IMG/VR virus record: IMGVR_UViG_3300027793_000052
Location: 248,001-312,000 of that record
Length of the DNA: 64,000 nt
Reading direction: 5' to 3' (one strand)
This document shows, in pieces, positions 30,570 to 40,802 of this stretch (within the stretch, counting starts at the first letter, position 1; every line of letters begins with the position of its first letter). The notes under the pieces were generated by a model. That model saw nothing but the letters and a program-made list of their open reading frames with translations. It was not told the DNA's origin and searched no databases. The translations under genes were made by a program, and so were the position numbers.

Positions 30570-32432
30570 ATGGCTTTAAGACCTATAACTAGTTTAAATA
30601 CCGAAAATCAAATATTAGGATGTTTAAATCCTTTAGCGACTAACTATCGTGAGGTTCAAAACCCTAATGGTATTAATCCTGAAGTTATAATTGTTGAACC
30701 TCATTTTTGGTTTATTGAAGGTACAACAACAAAGGCTAAAATATGGGACACAAACCAAAATAGTTATAAAATTTATAACATAGTAGAAAGTACACCAACA
30801 AGGTGTCAATATGTTAATACGGTTGAAGGGTGTAAAGATCCTTTGGCCTATAACTATAATAGTAAGGCAACAAAAAGTTGTGTTAATTGTTGTACATACG
30901 TTAATCAAAACATCAATGTATCAAACCAAAGAGTTTCTGAAGCACCAGAAATAATACAACCAGCCTGTTCTTTAGTTGGTGTTACAACCAAAAATTATCT
31001 ATCAACACAAATATTGGTGGATAGTAACGGTGTGGATTTAAGTAAAGTTTGTTGTGAAAAACTAGCTAGTGATTATTCCATGACTTGGGTGTACGATACT
31101 AACACAAGTAAATGTTTTATAAACGATGATTTTAAAAATATAGACACTACAACTAATAGTGATTGTTTACCTGTTATATTTTCATTGAATGAAAAACCAA
31201 TGGGTATTACTTGTGAAAGTGAATTAACAATAAATTTATGGTTATATGTGGGTAAACCGAAAAAAGAAGAATGTTATAACAACGGAGACCCAATATCTGC
31301 TAGAATAAAAATAAGTGATGATACTTTAAATAACGCTTTAACACAAATCAACCAATATAATGCAAATGTAAGTGGTTTTGATACTTGGGTAAAATTAGAA
31401 GCCACACTACCACCCACACCAACTACAGTGGAGTTTACTGTTGACATAGAATTTTATGCCGGTTTAAATTGTTGTTGTACTTATGATATTTTTGTTGATA
31501 ATATAGAAGTTTTATGTAATAGTCAAATAATTCAAACTTCGGATAGGTTAAGTGGTAGAGATTGTCCTGGTTTTAAATTAAAAAGAGTAATAGATAATAA
31601 AAAGTCTTGGGTTTATAACCCTGGATTACCTGAAGTTGGTATCTCAGAGTATGATGACATAGAAAGAGAAGATGGATCTTTTGGTTTACTAAATGGTGAG
31701 GGTACTATAAATAGAACGTTTGCACCTAGTTTAGATGCTGAATTACCTTGGAGGTATACAGATTATTGGATACAATCTAGTGTAAAAGAAAAACATAGTA
31801 ATTTAGTTTTAAACACTAAAGAACTTGAATTAACATTTGATATGTGCGCTGACTGCCCAATTAGTGGTACATCATTTACATGTCCTAATGGTTTTACTTT
31901 ATCCGCCGGTACAACTGTTTGTTATAACATGACGGGTACGACTAGTGCAACTTCTATAACTACGGTAACTTATTTAAGTTTATACAATTTAGAAAACTAT
32001 AAAAAACAATTCCAAAGTTTTTGGATACCTTTTATGGAACAGTTTATACCAGCAACAACAATATGGGTCGCTGGTGAAAGATGGTGTAATGAACCTTGTA
32101 CTATTATAAATCCTTGTGATTATGATTTTGAGTTGGTGGAAGCTGAAGTTAGTATAGAAACAACCCCAAGTATCAAAGAACCAACTGGTGGTGTAAGACC
32201 CAAACCTAAAAAGGTACCTAGTTTTTACGAAAATATACAACTAGTATCTACAGACACTACATCATACGCTGAAAGACTTATAAATCCACCTAATATTGTA
32301 CAGATAGAAGATGTCGGTCTTATCAGATTCAAACCTTTATTTAGAACGTTTGATGATTTATCTATTGTAAATAAATTAGAACAGTATAAACAAAGATTTA
32401 CGGCTGTTACTACTAAACAAATTATTGAATAA
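30570..32432 (+). CDS. Cys-rich putative structural protein
   Basis: 620 aa, with two GC.(D/N)PLA.NY motifs and several CC pairs. Confidence 0.6.
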   Translation: MALRPITSLNTENQILGCLNPLATNYREVQNPNGINPEVIIVEPHFWFIEGTTTKAKIWDTNQNSYKIYNIVESTPTRCQYVNTVEGCKDPLAYNYNSKATKSCVNCCTYVNQNINVSNQRVSEAPEIIQPACSLVGVTTKNYLSTQILVDSNGVDLSKVCCEKLASDYSMTWVYDTNTSKCFINDDFKNIDTTTNSDCLPVIFSLNEKPMGITCESELTINLWLYVGKPKKEECYNNGDPISARIKISDDTLNNALTQINQYNANVSGFDTWVKLEATLPPTPTTVEFTVDIEFYAGLNCCCTYDIFVDNIEVLCNSQIIQTSDRLSGRDCPGFKLKRVIDNKKSWVYNPGLPEVGISEYDDIEREDGSFGLLNGEGTINRTFAPSLDAELPWRYTDYWIQSSVKEKHSNLVLNTKELELTFDMCADCPISGTSFTCPNGFTLSAGTTVCYNMTGTTSATSITTVTYLSLYNLENYKKQFQSFWIPFMEQFIPATTIWVAGERWCNEPCTIINPCDYDFELVEAEVSIETTPSIKEPTGGVRPKPKKVPSFYENIQLVSTDTTSYAERLINPPNIVQIEDVGLIRFKPLFRTFDDLSIVNKLEQYKQRFTAVTTKQIIE

Positions 32433-32439
32433 TATTGTA

Positions 32440-34053
32440 ATGGGATTTTTATGTTCAGACGAAGAAAGTAAGAAAAAAGTACCGATAAAAGACTTGGCTG
32501 ATGTTATAACATCCCGTGATTTGGGTTTAAATAATGTTTATAACTTAAACCCTAATGTTAATGTTTGTTCTGAGACATTCTTAAGTCCACAATATTATGT
32601 TACAGGAGCAACTAGTAATGTAGCTTTAGGGATGAGTGGAACAACACCAGTATCATTAAGTTTGACAGGTTGCACTACAGGATCAACAGCTGTTTATAAT
32701 TTAAATTACACACCAAATTTCAACATTAAATTTTTTCTAACAGGTAACACAGAATACACAGGTTATACTGGTAGTTTATGTTATAATATTTTTAATCAAA
32801 ATAAATTTAACACGACTAAAAGTAATGATGTACTTACTAGGTCTACATCTATTTTAAGAAATTGTGCACCTTATAAATTTATACCAACAGGATTTACTAT
32901 AACACAAAATTTTGAGGAAGGTAGATTACCTAAAACATGGTCACAATATTTAATAAGACCTTATTATACTTTTGTAAGTAAAACTTGTAATGAAGGTGTT
33001 TTATTTAATACTTGGGATAGTACAACACAAGAAAATACATTCTCTAAAGGTGATTATTATTTTGTAACAGTTGTGGATCCACCAACTCCAATATTAGCAC
33101 CACCAGAAGATGAACCAATACCACAATACAATTTTGTACAAGATTTATTATTAAAAAATGGTGTCTCAGGACCACAAGGACCACAGGCTATAAATGGTAC
33201 TTTAAATTATTTTATTTTGAGGTGGAGACCAATAGACACCAGTTCAGTTATGGTATTTGTTAATGGTGTTAAATTAACAAACGGTTATGACTATACACTT
33301 ATTAGTAGAGGTTTTACATTACCACCAATAGTGGTTTTTAATTTTTCACTAAACAGTACTGATTGGGTTGTGGCTAATTATATGGCTGGTACCACTGACG
33401 CAACACTTAATGTAGACTTTAGTAAATATTTTGTCAATACACTGGTAGTACAAAATATAACAGTGGATACTAATCCAGGTTATGTTGTCACGTTAAACAA
33501 TAACACAATAACTGGTAAACAAGAATTTTATTGTTCACAACCAATATCTAAAGATGATGCAATAATAGTATTTGTTAACGGTGTCGAATTAGTTCAAAAT
33601 CAACAATTTTTCTTAAGTACGTCACAAGATAACAGAATTATATTTAATAATTTAGCACCTATTGTTTTAGGTGATGTTATTTCCATTTTTGCAGTTTCAC
33701 CTAATTTTATATTTGGAGGCAATAATTACGGCAGTTTAGATAAAAATGAATTTAGTGTACAATGGGGATCAGTACCAGAGTTACCCGAAAATGTCAGTGG
33801 TAAATTTATAGTTCAGATATTTGATGATAATGACATAACAAATACCGTTTTATATCAACAACAGACAAATTTTGTTGAGGGTTTAACGAATTATGTTTTA
33901 ACGTTTAATAGTTTAGCTGTTAATATATATTATAGATTTAGGGTTACATTTGAAACTACGTACACAACATATTTAAATAATCAAATTACCACATGTTCAT
34001 ATGCTGAAGGTTATTTTGATACGGTAAATGAATATATTAACAATACATATTAA
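32440..34053 (+). CDS. Putative tail/structural protein
   Basis: ATG at 32440 preferred over the track TTG at 32425. Duplicated VFVNGV.L motif typical of virion beta-domains. Confidence 0.6.
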   Translation: MGFLCSDEESKKKVPIKDLADVITSRDLGLNNVYNLNPNVNVCSETFLSPQYYVTGATSNVALGMSGTTPVSLSLTGCTTGSTAVYNLNYTPNFNIKFFLTGNTEYTGYTGSLCYNIFNQNKFNTTKSNDVLTRSTSILRNCAPYKFIPTGFTITQNFEEGRLPKTWSQYLIRPYYTFVSKTCNEGVLFNTWDSTTQENTFSKGDYYFVTVVDPPTPILAPPEDEPIPQYNFVQDLLLKNGVSGPQGPQAINGTLNYFILRWRPIDTSSVMVFVNGVKLTNGYDYTLISRGFTLPPIVVFNFSLNSTDWVVANYMAGTTDATLNVDFSKYFVNTLVVQNITVDTNPGYVVTLNNNTITGKQEFYCSQPISKDDAIIVFVNGVELVQNQQFFLSTSQDNRIIFNNLAPIVLGDVISIFAVSPNFIFGGNNYGSLDKNEFSVQWGSVPELPENVSGKFIVQIFDDNDITNTVLYQQQTNFVEGLTNYVLTFNSLAVNIYYRFRVTFETTYTTYLNNQITTCSYAEGYFDTVNEYINNTY

Positions 34054-37000
34054 TGGCTAACGAATCAATAAGGATAAGAACAACACCTGGTGATAATAAA
34101 AACATCAGGTTCAAACTTGATCAAGAGTTTGATTTTTTAGAAATTTTAAGTCTTAAGATAACACAAGAAGACCTATATCAACCATTTTGCGCTGATTACG
34201 GTGTTGTAGTTGGTCGTGTAATTGCGAACAAAGGTTTTGGGGTACCTAACGCTAAAGTATCAATATTTGTACCCATAACAGATGAAGATGAAAAAAATCT
34301 TTTAATTAAAAATTTCTACCCATTTAAAACACCCTACCAAAAAAACAGTGATGGTATTAGATATAATTTACTATTATCCAAACCAACTTGTAGTTTAAAT
34401 GTGGGTGTAGGTACGTTTCCAAATAAAGAGGATATGTTAGATAATGATACCGTGTTAGAAGTTTTTGACAAGTATTATAAATATACAACTAAAACTAATG
34501 ACGCTGGTGATTATATGATTTTTGGCGTACCTGTAGGACAACACACGGTTCATATGGATGTTGATTTATCAGATATCGGTGCGGTAAGTATTAGACCTTA
34601 TGATATGATATCTGAAGGTTTTCCTGAAAAATTATTTAAATCTAAAACAGAGTTTAAAACATCAACCAATTTAGATTCTTTACCACAAATAAAGGTTGGT
34701 GATAAAGGTATAGAGGTTATACCTTTTTGGGGTGATCCTGACACTTGTGAGTTTGGTATAACTAGGGTTGATTTTGATACAAACGTACAAATAAATAGTA
34801 CAGCATTATTTTTTGGTTCTATATTTACCGATTCGGGTAAGATGTCACTTAACCTAGGTTGTAACCCAAAAAATGATCAGGGTGAACAAGATAATTTTAA
34901 AACTGGTGCTGGTATCATAAGAATGATTAGGGCTAAGCAATATGATATATCAGAGTGGGTTAATAACGATAAAATAGTACCAATAGAATTAGAAAATTTT
35001 GATATTGACGGTGGTGAGTTAATAGACGATGATGGTGTGTTTGCTTTTACATTACCAATGAATATTGGACATGTTATAACAGACGAGTTTGGTAATTTAG
35101 TACCCTCAAACAATCCTTCTATTGGTGTTGCTACTAAAGGTATGTACAGGTTTAAAATGAATTTTATTGAACCGAATGAAAACCCTAAAATTAGAACTGC
35201 TCACATGTTGTTCCCTAGTTTTGGTAGGGATTTTGACGGTACTTTAGGTGGTGTAAATGGTGCCGGAATACTTGGTGGTACAGAAGATCAAAGATTTAAT
35301 ACAAATATAACAACTTATAAAGATATTGATAAAGATTTTCATTTATTTGAGTTTAAACAATTATATACGATAGCTCATTATATTAAAAAATATAAAAAAG
35401 GTATTAACAGGTTTAGTTTTTTAGGTATAAAAAATACAGACGTATCAACACAAACAAACCCATTTCCTTTCACCAATGCTATATGGAAATTTAACCTGAT
35501 GTATTATATCAACGCACTTTTTATTGATATAACATCTTTTATCTTAAAATTTTTGACCATATTGACTAGTATTTGTTTTGGTTTTTGTTTAAACCTTGTT
35601 GTAAAAATACCGGCAGAATTAATTTCTTTTACTGTCCCCGTTATAGATGTAACAATAAAAATACCAAAAAACGATATTATTTTATTTAAATTTGGTATTT
35701 GTATATCTATATGCCCCTTTAAGTGGATTACAAACTTATTACCACAATTACCTAGTGGTGGTAGAGGTTTTACTTTAAATTGTGAAACAGTACCAAGTGG
35801 TGAAATAGAAATAGATTTACAAAGTTGTTCTGCAGATGCTTGTTGCGGTCAACAAACTGAAGTTTTTAAATTTGAAGGTGGTGTAGGAAAATGTCCTGCA
35901 GGATCAAACTGTTATCAAAGTTGTCTTAATAACGAAACATTTATTGACGGTTGTTTTAAACCTGACAATATATCATCTTTACCCTGTATTAATGATATTG
36001 AGACTTGGAAATGTTGTGCTAAGGTAAGTTTAGCTGAAGATTTAAATTTAATTAGGAGAGTGTTTTTTGATGCTTGGGTGTTGGGTACGGCCTATTTATT
36101 TCAATTTAAGTATAAAAGAAAAGTTAATAAAAAAACCGGTAAAGTTAAAAAAGAAAAGTTTTGTGGACCTGGTTCTGATACAACAAGGGGTGATAACTAT
36201 AAAAAAAATAAATGTTGTTTAGACTCTGGTAATGGTAATGATTGTGATAGATGTTTATTGAGAGGTCCTGGCCAAACTAAATCTAGATCGTATTTCGGTA
36301 TACAAGATTACCATGAAAAATTCCATAACGCAACACCAACTGGAGCAGATGATATAGAGGATATTATTTATTGTAACGCTTTGATGCCTACAAAAATTGT
36401 TTCATTAGGCCGTGTAGAAATGTGTGAAGATAATTTAACACAAATAGAAAATTCTATAAATGCTTCAAGAGCTATATCTAAATATACACAAGGACATGAC
36501 TTTTTTACTGGTACTTATAATGAAAGTGGTTGGGATTTAGGTTATTGGGTGGATTATTTAAAAGAAACTTCATATGAAGATCCTAGAGAAGTTATTGATT
36601 ATTTGGCCAGTAAAAGAAATTGTAATTTAGATCCTATGTTTTATGGAGGTATTGGTTGTCATGAAAGGGAAATGCAAGACCAAGAATTTTTTCTTATGAA
36701 AGAAATTTCCAAAATATACACTGATATAATAACAGCACCCAAACCTGTTGGATCTGATTTTACAGACGTTTTTGAACCCGCAGGTGGTTTTGTAAATCCT
36801 TTAGCTAATTTACCGGCTATAGACATATCGACAAGTGGTGGTACTGCTGGTGATTCTGGGTTTGAAGTTGATTTGGAAGTTGGTAACAGATTTAGTCCTT
36901 GCGGTTCCAACGGTAACTGTAATCCTGGTTCTAATTGGACTACTACATGGTTAGACCCTAATGACGATTCTGCTAATAATTTTTTAGGTTTTGATAGCAT

Positions 37001-37124
37001 AACTCAACCAATCCAAAGAAATAATATAAACACTAGATCTAATATACCTTATTATTATTTTGGTATAAACCCAGGTAAGACGGCAATAAATAAATTAAGA
37101 AAAGATTTCTTTGTTAAAAGATAG
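34053..37124 (+). CDS. Large structural protein with N-terminal carboxypeptidase-regulatory-like Ig domain and an internal hydrophobic segment
   Basis: VVVGRVIANKGFGVPNAKVSIFVP...TNDAGDYMIFGVPVGQHTVHMDVD; Cys-rich middle region. Confidence 0.6.
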   Translation: MANESIRIRTTPGDNKNIRFKLDQEFDFLEILSLKITQEDLYQPFCADYGVVVGRVIANKGFGVPNAKVSIFVPITDEDEKNLLIKNFYPFKTPYQKNSDGIRYNLLLSKPTCSLNVGVGTFPNKEDMLDNDTVLEVFDKYYKYTTKTNDAGDYMIFGVPVGQHTVHMDVDLSDIGAVSIRPYDMISEGFPEKLFKSKTEFKTSTNLDSLPQIKVGDKGIEVIPFWGDPDTCEFGITRVDFDTNVQINSTALFFGSIFTDSGKMSLNLGCNPKNDQGEQDNFKTGAGIIRMIRAKQYDISEWVNNDKIVPIELENFDIDGGELIDDDGVFAFTLPMNIGHVITDEFGNLVPSNNPSIGVATKGMYRFKMNFIEPNENPKIRTAHMLFPSFGRDFDGTLGGVNGAGILGGTEDQRFNTNITTYKDIDKDFHLFEFKQLYTIAHYIKKYKKGINRFSFLGIKNTDVSTQTNPFPFTNAIWKFNLMYYINALFIDITSFILKFLTILTSICFGFCLNLVVKIPAELISFTVPVIDVTIKIPKNDIILFKFGICISICPFKWITNLLPQLPSGGRGFTLNCETVPSGEIEIDLQSCSADACCGQQTEVFKFEGGVGKCPAGSNCYQSCLNNETFIDGCFKPDNISSLPCINDIETWKCCAKVSLAEDLNLIRRVFFDAWVLGTAYLFQFKYKRKVNKKTGKVKKEKFCGPGSDTTRGDNYKKNKCCLDSGNGNDCDRCLLRGPGQTKSRSYFGIQDYHEKFHNATPTGADDIEDIIYCNALMPTKIVSLGRVEMCEDNLTQIENSINASRAISKYTQGHDFFTGTYNESGWDLGYWVDYLKETSYEDPREVIDYLASKRNCNLDPMFYGGIGCHEREMQDQEFFLMKEISKIYTDIITAPKPVGSDFTDVFEPAGGFVNPLANLPAIDISTSGGTAGDSGFEVDLEVGNRFSPCGSNGNCNPGSNWTTTWLDPNDDSANNFLGFDSITQPIQRNNINTRSNIPYYYFGINPGKTAINKLRKDFFVKR

Positions 37125-37142
37125 TAAAAAGATAATATAACG

Positions 37143-37151
37143 ATATTTATA
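37143..37151 (+). promoter_or_regulatory. ATATTTATA candidate late-promoter motif
   Basis: Intergenic, 13 nt before the GTG at 37165. Confidence 0.55.
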
Positions 37152-37164
37152 AAATAAAGTAAAA

Positions 37165-39213
37165 GTGAGTTACATTGACAAAAATTCAAATATAGTTGTT
37201 TCGGCAAGGATGACCAACGAAGGAAGAAGATTACTTTCATTAGGTCTTTTAACTTTTGACACTTTTAGATTAGGTGATTCAAACATTGATTATTCAACAT
37301 TAGGTTCTTCTTATGATATTACATTAGAAAATATAATTAGAGCTAAGGCTGAAAATCCTGATTTAAAAACGCCATTATTACCTACAGCGACAGCAACAGA
37401 CACTTATGTCACAATACCAACACTAAATCCGGTTATTTTAGAACAATTAATAACAGCACCTAAAGTTGGTTTCTTTGATTATGGTACTGGTGGTACAATA
37501 ACTTATACGGCTTACACAGATACAGTTTGTCATATACTACAGTCTGATACTATTATACCTTTAGCCGGCTTAACTGGTGGAACTTCTATACCTATTAGAC
37601 AATCAGGTTCTTACGGTTCAAACACTTATGAACCTAAAATTGGTGATTTAATGATGGTTAAAATGAGTAACGATGAGTTAGCCTTGACACAAACACCTAC
37701 AGTAGTTGATTTAAACGTACCAGTACCATACCTATGGTTTCAAGTACAAGCGGTACAAAGTGGTTCTTTAACTGGTGATGACTTACAAATACAAATAGAT
37801 AGAAATTTCGCTAGTTTCCCTTCTTATGGTGGAGCCAATGAAGCACAAGTTATATTTTATCCATTGGGTACTGGTGGTACACAAAACTCATTATTTAGTG
37901 ATGGTGGTTTCTTCAGTGGTGGTTGTGTTTGGAATATGAACAATGTTTGGTCATACCCAATACCAGGTGTTGATGACAGCACACACGAAACTTTTAATAA
38001 ATACGGTTCTGAAACTTATATTGGTAGTAAAGAATATTTTGGATATACGTCAGAGATAGGTTTATTATATACAGCAAATACGGCTTGTAATTTAATACCA
38101 TCAATTAGTATTATACATTACACCAATAAAGAAACATGTGATAATCAGAGTGAACAGAAATACGGTCAGAAATTTTATGTTGATACAACAACACAAGACA
38201 CACCTGAATTGATATTACCTACATTAATGTGGCATAAAGACTATAGTGGTAACACAATAGGTCATACTTTTATGACAACAGGTGACACTAAATTTGTTAC
38301 CTTATCTGGTGTTAATACAACAGTTTATTATCATGATTTGGTAGATAAGTATGGTAATGCTGTTGGTAGAACTTATCCTGAGTTACACATGTTTACAATC
38401 GACAATCAAGAATTGGTTGCAGCAATGTCTTACAAATCAAACAGAAATTGGACTTTACCTACAATAATAACAACATTAGGATCAACAGTTGATGGTGTTA
38501 TAGACGGTACTGAAACACTTTATGTAACTTATATGTTGGAAAGTACTTCAGGTTATACAAGTGGCTTACACTGTCAAAATACTGTTTGTGTTAATTTTGA
38601 TACACAAGATTGTAAATGTAACCCAATTGATGCTAAAACAGTAGAGTTAACATTACCTAATGAATTTCCATTTATGAAAGTTAGTGGTGGAACAGGGTGG
38701 TACGCTGATAGATTTTATGCTTTAGTACAAAAACAAACTATTGGTACTTACCCTGATCCGACAGCTTGGGTTATGATAGATTTTACATCAGATATTGTTG
38801 GTCATACAGTTGGACAAAGGATTAATCCGGCAAACTTAGCAAATTCAACGTTTGAAGTTACGGCCACTAATTACGCTTCAGCAACACCTTATGATTTAAA
38901 TGATTACATAAAAATACCTGGGATAGCTGAAACAGAATATTTACAATTTGGTGATGAAAGATTTTTGTATGGTAACATTGAGTCAACAGGGGTAACAAAC
39001 AAATACAGAACAAAATTTGTATTTACTGTACCACCTACACAATTTAATTGGTCAACAAACCCTACATGGTCAAATTCAAACCAATATACACATATAAATG
39101 AGGTTTGTGTTTATGACGTTAATAAAACATTGGTGGCAATAGGTAAAATGAATTTACCGATTGAAAAGGTACCTAACGCTACTATAATAATAGAAATTGC
39201 ATTTGATTTATAA
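37165..39213 (+). CDS. Putative structural protein (baseplate/tail-fibre attachment type)
   Basis: ARMTNEGRRLLSLG...FRLGDS at the N-terminus; INEVCVYD..KTLVAIGK..PIEK...EIAFD at the C-terminus. Confidence 0.65.
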   Translation: MSYIDKNSNIVVSARMTNEGRRLLSLGLLTFDTFRLGDSNIDYSTLGSSYDITLENIIRAKAENPDLKTPLLPTATATDTYVTIPTLNPVILEQLITAPKVGFFDYGTGGTITYTAYTDTVCHILQSDTIIPLAGLTGGTSIPIRQSGSYGSNTYEPKIGDLMMVKMSNDELALTQTPTVVDLNVPVPYLWFQVQAVQSGSLTGDDLQIQIDRNFASFPSYGGANEAQVIFYPLGTGGTQNSLFSDGGFFSGGCVWNMNNVWSYPIPGVDDSTHETFNKYGSETYIGSKEYFGYTSEIGLLYTANTACNLIPSISIIHYTNKETCDNQSEQKYGQKFYVDTTTQDTPELILPTLMWHKDYSGNTIGHTFMTTGDTKFVTLSGVNTTVYYHDLVDKYGNAVGRTYPELHMFTIDNQELVAAMSYKSNRNWTLPTIITTLGSTVDGVIDGTETLYVTYMLESTSGYTSGLHCQNTVCVNFDTQDCKCNPIDAKTVELTLPNEFPFMKVSGGTGWYADRFYALVQKQTIGTYPDPTAWVMIDFTSDIVGHTVGQRINPANLANSTFEVTATNYASATPYDLNDYIKIPGIAETEYLQFGDERFLYGNIESTGVTNKYRTKFVFTVPPTQFNWSTNPTWSNSNQYTHINEVCVYDVNKTLVAIGKMNLPIEKVPNATIIIEIAFDL

Positions 39214-39440
39214 TGTCATTTATTGGTGGTGATACTGATAGTTTAAAGTTTGTTTTGACAAATAAGGGTAAACAAATATTGATTGAAAAGGGATGGGAGA
39301 ATTTAAACATTTACTATACTTTTTTTGATGATGATGTTAACTATACAATTAACTCATACCCTAATTTGATTTCAGATATAAATGGTGTTGAAAATAAAGT
39401 GTTAGATGATAATACAAAATATAGATATAACTTAAAATAA
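39213..39440 (+). CDS. Small putative structural protein
   Basis: LTNKGKQIL...YTFFDDDVNY echoes the N-terminus of its neighbours. Confidence 0.6.
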   Translation: MSFIGGDTDSLKFVLTNKGKQILIEKGWENLNIYYTFFDDDVNYTINSYPNLISDINGVENKVLDDNTKYRYNLK

Positions 39441-40567
39441 TGGCTGCTGAATTACAATTTAGTTTAACAGAATTAGGGTATAAAACATTAATCAATAAGG
39501 GATTGGTTGATACGTTAACCCATTATAGTTTGGGTGACTTTGACCACAATTATACTATTAAAAATGCTACTAATAATATATTAGCAAAAATAACTGGTTA
39601 CCACAATGAAACTACTAAAACTGAATGTGGTAAATCTAAATATGAAGGAATGTTCCCTACAGAGCCAACTACCGAAGAAATATTAAATACAAGAAGTAGA
39701 GTACAAACAATTTTTAATAGAGTAGACTGTGATTACGAATTCAATGAACCTTCAATACAATTAAAAATTAATTTAAATACATGGTTAAACGATTTATCAA
39801 ACATATCTACTTATAGTTATGATATGACTGAACATCTAACTTTAGACTTATGGAGTTACATTTCAATTTTAAATCAAAGAATAGATTTAACAACTAACGA
39901 TTATAAAACTTATGATACCATAACTGATTGTGGTTTTATTTACACACCAATGACCACTGAGGACCTTAAACTTTTTAATATACTTAGTCCTAAATACATG
40001 AAATCAGCTGAGAACGGACAAAAATATTTATATAACCAAACAGGTTTAAGATACAATTCCCCTCTATTATTAACTTTTTCAACCAACTCCGTTAATGGTA
40101 ACACAGTACACGGTACAAGAGGTTTATTAAGTTTAGTACCTAATGAGTGGGGTTACTATTGTGATGGACAATTTTTAACAATTGAAACTGTTGAAAATAC
40201 TGATTCTAATAATTTCCCTTGGGAAAGTATATATCCGGCTGTTAAAATCGGTAATGGTATTTATGTGTTAAAAAGTAATGATAGTTTTTTAACTAAAAAT
40301 AGGTTAATTGGTTATCTATATAATATGGTGGGTGTTACTGATAATACAACGACCGCATTACAGGGTTTAATAGATTATGCAAAACTTTTCTTTAAAACTT
40401 ATGGGTCACAAATGCCAGACGGTAGCTACCAAACAAAAATAAATTTTAATGTTTATGTTAAATCTGATAAAACAGACAACATAAATGAAGTTGTTGGTAA
40501 CATATTTGGTATTACTTTATCTTATAACCCCTCCGACACCACATCACAAATAATTCAATTGATATAA
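39440..40567 (+). CDS. Putative structural protein
   Basis: LTELGYKTL...HYSLGDFDHNY is the same N-terminal motif family. Confidence 0.6.
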   Translation: MAAELQFSLTELGYKTLINKGLVDTLTHYSLGDFDHNYTIKNATNNILAKITGYHNETTKTECGKSKYEGMFPTEPTTEEILNTRSRVQTIFNRVDCDYEFNEPSIQLKINLNTWLNDLSNISTYSYDMTEHLTLDLWSYISILNQRIDLTTNDYKTYDTITDCGFIYTPMTTEDLKLFNILSPKYMKSAENGQKYLYNQTGLRYNSPLLLTFSTNSVNGNTVHGTRGLLSLVPNEWGYYCDGQFLTIETVENTDSNNFPWESIYPAVKIGNGIYVLKSNDSFLTKNRLIGYLYNMVGVTDNTTTALQGLIDYAKLFFKTYGSQMPDGSYQTKINFNVYVKSDKTDNINEVVGNIFGITLSYNPSDTTSQIIQLI

Positions 40568-40569
40568 TT

Positions 40570-40794
40570 ATGGCAATAATATTACCTACATACTCTCAAG
40601 ATTATCTACCTTATCGTTATGCTGATAGAATAGAAAATAACGGATTATCAGAATATAATTTTTTCTATTCACCTGTTAGTAAAGTTTTTTGGTTTAAAAA
40701 CCCAAAAGGTACTTTAACACAAGTAACAATAGATTTACCAACAATAGATAATTTAATAGAGGTAAATAATAACGGTCAAAGAACAACTAATTAA
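40570..40794 (+). CDS. Small hypothetical protein
   Basis: 74-aa ORF within the operon. Confidence 0.55.
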   Translation: MAIILPTYSQDYLPYRYADRIENNGLSEYNFFYSPVSKVFWFKNPKGTLTQVTIDLPTIDNLIEVNNNGQRTTN

Positions 40795-40802
40795 AAAAAA
40801 TC

